From Obrimoposthia wandeli (Eukaryota), in assembly GCA_977020255.1 (NCBI GenBank), contig CDROCS010001089.1:186001-250000 (forward strand): 64,000 nucleotides of DNA. The letters are read 5' to 3'. The notes under the pieces were generated by a model. It did no database searches, was not told where the DNA came from, and saw only the letters and a program-made list of their open reading frames with translations. Positions 57,950-64,000 of the stretch are shown here, one piece after another. Position 1 is the stretch's first letter, and each line of letters begins with the position of its first letter. The position numbers were made by a program, and so were the translations under genes.

Positions 57950-59773
57950 ATGTGTGGAATTGTAGGAGCGACAACAGAGCGCTCAGTAGCACAAATATTA
58001 ATAGAGGGATTACGTCGTCTTGAATACCGTGGTTATGACTCTGCAGGTATCGCGATTTACGATGGCGAACAGCTACAAAGATTACGCCGCCAAGGCAAAG
58101 TACAGATGCTTGCTGATGCACAGGAGCAAACGCCTCTGCAAGGCAATGCAGGTATTGCCCACACTCGTTGGGCCACACACGGAGCACCTGCTGAACGCAA
58201 TGCCCACCCGCATATGTCAAACCAGCGTATTGCTGTGGTTCACAATGGCATAATCGAAAATTTCGAAGTATTGCGTGATGAATTAATCAGTAATGGCTAT
58301 GTATTCGAATCGGAAACTGACAGTGAAGTAATTGCTCACTTACTTGATAGAGCAATTGAAAAAGGCCTAAACCTACTTAGCGCGGTGCAAGAGTGCACAA
58401 AACTGCTCAAAGGTGCGTTCGCCTTAGGGATTATGTTAAAAGATTACCCTGCACAATTGATTGCGGCACGTAAAGGCAGCCCTCTTGTAATAGGCGTGGG
58501 TATTGGTGAAAATTTTATTGCCTCTGACCAGCTCGCATTGCTGCCAGTGACCGATCGGTTTATGTTTTTAGAAGAAGGCGATATAGCATTTGTTGACCGC
58601 AACAATATTGATGTATGGGACATTGATGGTAACAGAACAGATCGCAATGTTAGCCGTTATGAATATGGTACTAACGCGGCTGATAAAGGCGGCTATAAAC
58701 ACTATATGCTAAAAGAGATTTACGAGCAGCCCAAAGTAACCGAAGCCGCTTTTAAACAACGAATATTAGCTGGCTTAGTTGATGAAAGCTGTTTTGGCGA
58801 AAGTGCTGCCGCTATCTTTGATAAAGTAAAGCAAGTACACATCATCGCTTGTGGCACTAGTTATCATGCTGGTTTAGTGGCTAAATATTGGATGGAATCA
58901 ATCGCCGGTATACCTACATTAGTTGAAGTTGCCAGTGAGTATCGCTACCGAAAAGTTGTTATTAGTGAAGGCACCCTTTTCGTCTCCATTTCCCAATCTG
59001 GCGAAACCGCAGACACTTTAGCTGCACTACGCGATGTGAAAGAACAAATTTTAGCTAATCTAGCTATTTGTAATGTTGCTGGTAGCTCACTAATACGTGA
59101 ATCAGATATCCACCTACTCACCAATGCCGGTCCTGAAATTGGTGTCGCTTCAACCAAAGCTTTTACCACTCAACTCGTGTCGCTGCTGTTAACCACATTA
59201 GTACTAGGGCGCAGGTTTGCACTCTCTAATGAACGTGAGCGCGAGATAGTCGCTGATCTTGAAAAGCTACCCGCTATTATTGAAAAAGCGCTACACATGG
59301 ATACTGATATTGAAACCATGGCGGGTCATTTTGCTGAAAAAAACCACTCGTTATTTTTAGGCCGTGGCACCCTTTACCCTATAGCGATGGAAGGTGCACT
59401 AAAGCTCAAAGAAATCTCTTACATTCATGCAGAAGCCTACCCAGCAGGAGAGCTAAAGCACGGTCCATTAGCCTTAGTAGATAAAGAAATGCCTGTTGTC
59501 GCCGTCGCACCTGACAACAGCATGCTAGATAAACTAAAAGCCAATTTACAAGAAGTACGTGCCCGCGAAGGACAGCTATTTGTTTTTTGTGGCAGCGATG
59601 CCATCACCACAAATGAAGGCTACAACGTATTGCGCATGCCCCAAATGCCGGAAATTTTAGAAGCCATTGTTTACACCATTCCTATGCAACTGTTCTCTTA
59701 TCATGTGGCTGTTTTGAAAGGCACTGATGTAGATCAGCCAAGAAACTTGGCTAAATCGGTGACCGTTGAGTAA
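57950..59773 (+). CDS. glmS: Glutamine-fructose-6-phosphate aminotransferase
   Basis: MCGIVG, LEYRGYDSAG, HTRWATHG, SQSGETAD, ELKHGP, PRNLAKSVTVE. Confidence 0.99.
   Translation: MCGIVGATTERSVAQILIEGLRRLEYRGYDSAGIAIYDGEQLQRLRRQGKVQMLADAQEQTPLQGNAGIAHTRWATHGAPAERNAHPHMSNQRIAVVHNGIIENFEVLRDELISNGYVFESETDSEVIAHLLDRAIEKGLNLLSAVQECTKLLKGAFALGIMLKDYPAQLIAARKGSPLVIGVGIGENFIASDQLALLPVTDRFMFLEEGDIAFVDRNNIDVWDIDGNRTDRNVSRYEYGTNAADKGGYKHYMLKEIYEQPKVTEAAFKQRILAGLVDESCFGESAAAIFDKVKQVHIIACGTSYHAGLVAKYWMESIAGIPTLVEVASEYRYRKVVISEGTLFVSISQSGETADTLAALRDVKEQILANLAICNVAGSSLIRESDIHLLTNAGPEIGVASTKAFTTQLVSLLLTTLVLGRRFALSNEREREIVADLEKLPAIIEKALHMDTDIETMAGHFAEKNHSLFLGRGTLYPIAMEGALKLKEISYIHAEAYPAGELKHGPLALVDKEMPVVAVAPDNSMLDKLKANLQEVRAREGQLFVFCGSDAITTNEGYNVLRMPQMPEILEAIVYTIPMQLFSYHVAVLKGTDVDQPRNLAKSVTVE
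59738..59773 (+). other. attTn7 (TnsD site in the glmS 3' end), unoccupied
   Basis: Conserved glmS terminus; no Tn7 end or tns genes downstream. Confidence 0.6.
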
Positions 59774-59791
59774 GGTTTTAGATAGCTGGAG

Positions 59792-59818
59792 AAGGTGATT
59801 TTTATAATCGCCTTTTTT
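59792..59818 (+). terminator. Rho-independent terminator of glmS
   Basis: AAGGTGATT / AATCGCCTT stem followed by a T run. Confidence 0.7.
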
Positions 59819-60083
59819 GCTTATAATTTGACAGAAAACGAAGGAAAAGCTGCAGGTAGCTCTAAAGGTGCAATTGAGCATAAAATATAGGTCTCTCATG
59901 TATTCTATTAGGAACAGATCGTACTCTTCACGTATTAATTTATACTGAACGTAAACAACCTTCTCCCTTTTCATTAATTTCATAGAGACTGACTGCTTAA
60001 TGCCACTGAGGCTCTATTCTCTGAACGCATAACTCAATATCAAGTTAGCGCTGTTAAATAGAGCTAGTGGCCGGCTATCTGCT

Positions 60084-61082
60084 TTAAACTCTGCTTAGAT
60101 CCGCGATTTTATCCAGTAGCGCCTGCGGCACTTCAACACCTTCACGCTGATGTAGTTCGCGCAGCTGTTGGCGTCTTGCACCGGGAATGCGCACTTCATT
60201 ATCATCTGTTAAAGCACTGAACATGCTCTCTAAATGCTCAAGGTAGTCTGCACTGTAAAACTCTGGATTGAAGGCAATGATAGTTTGACCCACATTAGGA
60301 GGACCGCCATCGTTAGTTGAAAACAACGAAGCCTCGTGCGAACAGTTACTACCGGTAAGCGCACCGCCTAGCAGATCAACTATCAATCCTATACCAAATC
60401 CTTTAGCGCCACCAAAAGGTAGCTGGGCGCCTTGCAAAGCCGCTGCCGCATTCGTGGTGGGTTGGCCATGAGCATCTATCGCATGGCCAATCTCGATTTC
60501 TTCTCCCTGCGCCGCAGCTTTCACAATATTGACACGTGCGGTAGACGAAGTCGCCATGTCGACCACAAGCGGTGCCGCATCTTTGCGCGGAGAGCCAAAA
60601 GCGAAAGGGTTAGTGCCAAAAAAAGGGACTTTGCCACCGTGAGCTGCCACCGCCTTTGAAGAGTTTGCAAACATCAATGCCACCAATCCTTGTTGTGCTA
60701 ACCTGCGCACAAACCAGCCTAGCACGCCTGCTGAATAAGAATGTTGAATTGCCATCATCGCTACACCTTCGCGACGCGCATTATCGATTAAAGACTGTTC
60801 ACCGTGCAGGTAAGCGGTATGGCAAAAACCATGCTTGGCATCTATCAGCGTCGCAGCAGCACTTTGGCGCACAATTTCAGGTTTGACATCACCGCGTACT
60901 TTATGGCACTTAAGGTGATTGAGGTACAAGTGAATGTAACCGAGACCTACATTGCGAATCCCCTCTGCCTCAGCGTCCATCAATTCTAACGCTACCGCAC
61001 TGGCGTGTTGCTGATTAGCGCCACATCGCACTAGAGCGTCAAAACACAATTGCTGAATTTGTTCGAGTGTTAACACTGCCAT
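60084..61082 (-). CDS. Ldh_2 family (type 2 malate/L-lactate) oxidoreductase, ComC/DpkA-like
   Basis: IDAKHGF, FFGTNPFAF, VDMATS, PFGGAKGFG, VRIPG. Confidence 0.88.
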   Translation of the reverse strand: MAVLTLEQIQQLCFDALVRCGANQQHASAVALELMDAEAEGIRNVGLGYIHLYLNHLKCHKVRGDVKPEIVRQSAAATLIDAKHGFCHTAYLHGEQSLIDNARREGVAMMAIQHSYSAGVLGWFVRRLAQQGLVALMFANSSKAVAAHGGKVPFFGTNPFAFGSPRKDAAPLVVDMATSSTARVNIVKAAAQGEEIEIGHAIDAHGQPTTNAAAALQGAQLPFGGAKGFGIGLIVDLLGGALTGSNCSHEASLFSTNDGGPPNVGQTIIAFNPEFYSADYLEHLESMFSALTDDNEVRIPGARRQQLRELHQREGVEVPQALLDKIADLSRV

Positions 61083-61789
61083 AGGTACGTTTCCTTCTAG
61101 TAAGTTACTTGCATTTCAGTCGGCAGGCTTTTTTTAACCGATCTGAATAGCTGTAAATGATGATATGTGCGGGTTCATTAGATAATAGTGGTTAGCGAAG
61201 GTAAGTTACAATCGATACCATATGCTAAAAAGCATCGCTTCGATGTAAGCCCAACACAGCACGATCTAGCTATATGTTAGCAGTCGCAGTTATGTACTCA
61301 GAGAATATTGAATGACCTTATGATCTTCAGAAACTCTCCTATAGGCAAGTTAATAGTTCCTATTAAACAATAAGTTTTATTTATGATCATCTGTGTCCCG
61401 CTCCACTGCTGTTGCTCTGTAACTCATAGATTCTCCGATAGCTACAGGTACCGTTTCGCTGAAAAGTGTCATTTCAATTCTGCTAGAAACCGCGAGTCAA
61501 CGCACTAAAGTAACTACATTTCTTAGCCAGGCATTAATACAATGCATTATGAAAATTCAATCTTGCAAAAATTCACTCACTATCAGCAACAACTTTTGCC
61601 ATCTACATAACAACAATGGCCACTCATTCTAATGCTCCATACAAAGCTTCAACGACAGTGCGCAAAAATTAGACTGATTCTTTTAATTGAAGCCTTATAC
61701 ATAATTCCAAAAAAACGATAGAAAACACTCGATAAGGCCGAGCAGAGCCATTACCATGTCGTCAGATTAACCTGAAGAAGTGATATACC

Positions 61790-62122
61790 ATGTCTCTACC
61801 TAGCTGCCCAATATGTGAATCCCAATTCGTTTATCAAGATCAAGAACAACTTATCTGTCCTGAATGCGCCCATGAATGGAATCCATTAGAGCCTGATGAG
61901 GATGCTTTTATTGCCAAAGATGCGAACGGTACACCCTTAGCTTCAGGTGATAAGATTACACTTGTTAAAGACCTTAAAGTGAAAGGTAGCTCCTTAGTAC
62001 TTAAGATAGGCACTAAAGCTGTGATTAAGCGCATAATAGAAGGGAAAGATCACGAGTTAGACTGTAAAGTAGACAGTGCTGGCGAAATGATGGTGACAGC
62101 GAAGTTTGTGAAAAGAGCTTGA
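61790..62122 (+). CDS. phnA: PhnA/YjdM zinc-ribbon protein
   Basis: CPIC...YQD..LICPECAHEW, KDANGTPLASGD, KDLKVKGSS. Confidence 0.9.
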   Translation: MSLPSCPICESQFVYQDQEQLICPECAHEWNPLEPDEDAFIAKDANGTPLASGDKITLVKDLKVKGSSLVLKIGTKAVIKRIIEGKDHELDCKVDSAGEMMVTAKFVKRA

Positions 62123-62162
62123 GAATCAAATCATAATAAGTTCCGTATTTTTTAGTTAGGCC

Positions 62163-62314
62163 CATTGCTGTCCAGTTAAAAAGTGTAACCCCTCTAACTC
62201 GTTGATTTGTGGTTTTCTAGCATAATAAATTGGATTTTTTCAGTCGAATAACACTTGTCGTTAACGTAAAATCAACGAGCTAAAGAACAACAAAAATTAA
62301 ACCGGACACTAATG
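62163..62314. mobile_element. MITE family A, copy 11
   Basis: Family ends; perfect 9-bp duplication AGTTAGGCC. Confidence 0.92.
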
Positions 62315-62328
62315 AGTTAGGCCCAGCA

Positions 62329-62781
62329 ATGAATTGGTTATTTCCCGAAAAAAAACGTCATATAGCTGCTAAGCGCAGTTTAAGTTTAGCACTGCGCACC
62401 TTACACCTTATTGGTATTGCTGGGCTCGCAGGGGCTTTTTTGTTTGCCTTACCCGCCAATCAATGGCAAGAGTATCTTTGGTTAACGCTCGCAAGCGGTG
62501 GCCTAATGGTAGTAAAAGAAATTTATACTGATGGCATTTGGCTAGTGCAACTCAGGGGCCAAGTGATCCTCGCTAAAATACTCATTTTAGGTTTTGCATG
62601 GTTTTACTTGCAAGTATTAGACAGCTGGATTTACCTGCTGTGTATTGTGCTATCAGGTATTATTGCCCATGGGCCGGGTAAGCTTCGATATTATTCTCTG
62701 TGGCATCGTAAGGTATACACCGCAGATGTTCGCAAAGGTAAACCTCTAGGAATTGTTAAAAATAGCGGAGAGAGTGAATAA
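62329..62781 (+). CDS. Hypothetical membrane protein (about 4 TM)
   Basis: LRTLHLIG...WLVQLRG...GIIAHGPGKLRYYS. Confidence 0.7.
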   Translation: MNWLFPEKKRHIAAKRSLSLALRTLHLIGIAGLAGAFLFALPANQWQEYLWLTLASGGLMVVKEIYTDGIWLVQLRGQVILAKILILGFAWFYLQVLDSWIYLLCIVLSGIIAHGPGKLRYYSLWHRKVYTADVRKGKPLGIVKNSGESE

Positions 62782-62877
62782 TTTGCTCTTTTAAATAGCT
62801 ACTTAGATTCATATCAAAACTAGAATATTGAGCACTCGCCAAATCAATTGCATCAAAACAGAATATTCAACTAGTTA

Positions 62878-63036
62878 GTGCTCATCCTGAAACGGGGTCG
62901 TCACGAGAGCGTCTCAATGATTCAAGATACATATTACTAGATGTGGGCGTTTGGTTATTCCAAACAACTAGATCTAGTAGTGGGTAGATTGAGTTAGTGA
63001 GTGGTTCGCAGTAGACATCCGTTTCTGGATGGGCAC
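62878..63036. mobile_element. MITE family B, copy 4
   Basis: Reverse orientation, TAGTTA both sides. Confidence 0.9.
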
Positions 63037-63169
63037 TAGTTAGTAGCTAGCACTCTTTTATAACTTTATACTGGAAAAATAACCCTCCACTTTTCTCACT
63101 CATTCCTAAAATAACCTATACCTGTGCGAATAGCTGAAACCCTCCCTTGCAGCCATACTCTTTAAAAAA

Positions 63170-63286
63170 ATGATCTATATCATCTCCTAAATAACTACTA
63201 TCTATCTTTTACGGCTAAGTTGACTTAGATCATATTAAATTTTCAAACCTACTTTACTATTGCCAAACGTATTTAATGTGCGTCAA
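63170..63286. promoter_or_regulatory. Three FNR/DNR-like boxes (TTGAT-N4-ATCAA variants)
   Basis: ATGAT-CTAT-ATCAT (63170), TTGAC-TTAG-ATCAT (63220), TTAAT-GTGC-GTCAA (63273); each 8/10. Confidence 0.5.
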
Positions 63287-63313
63287 TGAATTTAGTTGGA
63301 TTGAGGATATACC

Positions 63314-63628
63314 ATGCACGCTTTTTTGAAACGTTACTTATTACTGGCCATGTTCATCACCGCTCTGCCAATCGCTGCATTAGCTCAAGGTGAAAATAAA
63401 CATAGCATGACTGTTGTGACGACGGGTGTTATTAAAAGTGTCTTGACTGAGAGCAAACAACTAAAAATACAGCATCAAATGATCCCCGAATGGAACATGA
63501 AAGCCATGCAAATGAAATTTAACCTAGCCCCTACGCTTAAAATTGAAAGCTTTAAACAAGGGCAAACTATCAAATTTCGTATGCAGCATAAGAATATGAT
63601 GAAATTTACTGTACTGGAAATTCTGTAG
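63314..63628 (+). CDS. CusF-like periplasmic copper-binding protein
   Basis: Signal peptide; IQHQMIPEWNMKAMQMKF (His/Trp/Met-x-Met pattern). Confidence 0.82.
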   Translation: MHAFLKRYLLLAMFITALPIAALAQGENKHSMTVVTTGVIKSVLTESKQLKIQHQMIPEWNMKAMQMKFNLAPTLKIESFKQGQTIKFRMQHKNMMKFTVLEIL

Positions 63629-63704
63629 TTAGATATTTTTGTTAACTGTGCATAAACAATAGCCGAACTTATCAATTTTCGTTTACCAATACCGAGATAA
63701 CCCA

Positions 63705-64000
63705 ATGATTAATCCCTCAATTAGTAACTTTGTAGCACGCTTTAGTGCTTTTACAATTTGCTTAATTTTAGGCTTTATTAATCTAAATGCCCAAGCCATG
63801 GTGCCTGTTTCATCGCTGCAACAGTTAGAAACCGTTCGTATAGCCTTTCCCAGCGCAGATAAAATTAGCGATAAGTACCCGTTAGAAGGTGAGCAAGTCT
63901 TAGTTCGCAAGATATTAGCGGGAGAGGAAATACTAGGCTACGCTTTTAATACCAACGATGTCGTTGATATTCCCGCTTATTCAGGCAAACCGATTAATAC
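63705..64000 (+). CDS. NosR/NirI-like FMN-binding protein, 5' part (runs off the window)
   Basis: Open frame from ATG 63705: signal/TM then LGYAFNTNDVVDIPAYSGKPIN; absent from the ORF track because it has no stop. Confidence 0.7.
   Translation, partial: MINPSISNFVARFSAFTICLILGFINLNAQAMVPVSSLQQLETVRIAFPSADKISDKYPLEGEQVLVRKILAGEEILGYAFNTNDVVDIPAYSGKPIN

Noticed and set aside
59774-60083. Tn7-like insertion downstream of glmS
   Set aside because: No Tn7 end, TnsB-site repeats or tns genes; a terminator follows directly
61090-61789. Riboswitch or leader upstream of phnA or the Ldh_2 gene
   Set aside because: Only short hairpins; no match to a riboswitch consensus I can recognise
2943-63910. 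Numerous 60-200 aa ORFs overlapping annotated genes (e.g. 2943, 4234, 17562, 20356, 36893, 54601, 57074, 63683)
   Set aside because: Antisense or alternate-frame shadows of well-supported genes, with no motifs
1-64000. tRNA/rRNA genes, prophage, full-length IS transposase
   Set aside because: None recognised; all longer non-coding stretches were AT-rich or explained by MITEs, attC sites or remnants

Overview
A 64-kb chromosomal window from an AT-rich, probably marine, gammaproteobacterium (taxon inferred from gene content). No rRNA, tRNA or CRISPR array was recognised. Contents: (i) 2.6-12.9 kb, a catabolic cluster with a Rieske oxygenase alpha subunit, an aldehyde dehydrogenase, a rubredoxin-rubredoxin reductase fusion, a divergent DddP-like M24 enzyme, a GcvA-like LysR and a kinase-M23-class III aminotransferase fusion; (ii) 15.7-20.1 kb, a decaying integron with an attI-like site, six attC sites, five intact cassette ORFs and no integrase in the window, ending in a group IIC intron remnant inserted at the attC target position; (iii) an ABC-F gene with a structured leader and a 22-codon uORF; (iv) MipA/RstAB-like genes and a CruR-like (DUF2946, RAPP) uORF upstream of a PepSY-TM gene; (v) 31-42 kb, a Roseobacter-style sugar ABC / De Ley-Doudoroff (dgoK, dgoA) operon with two mutually complementary heptamer arrays; (vi) glmU-glmS with a divergent TrmB-type regulator and an empty attTn7; (vii) a CusF-like gene and the start of a NosR/NirI-like gene behind FNR-type boxes. 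Four MITE families are scattered through the window (11 copies plus one partial end, 4, 2 and 1 copies), along with several pseudogenes. All family assignments come from motif recognition by eye, not database searches.
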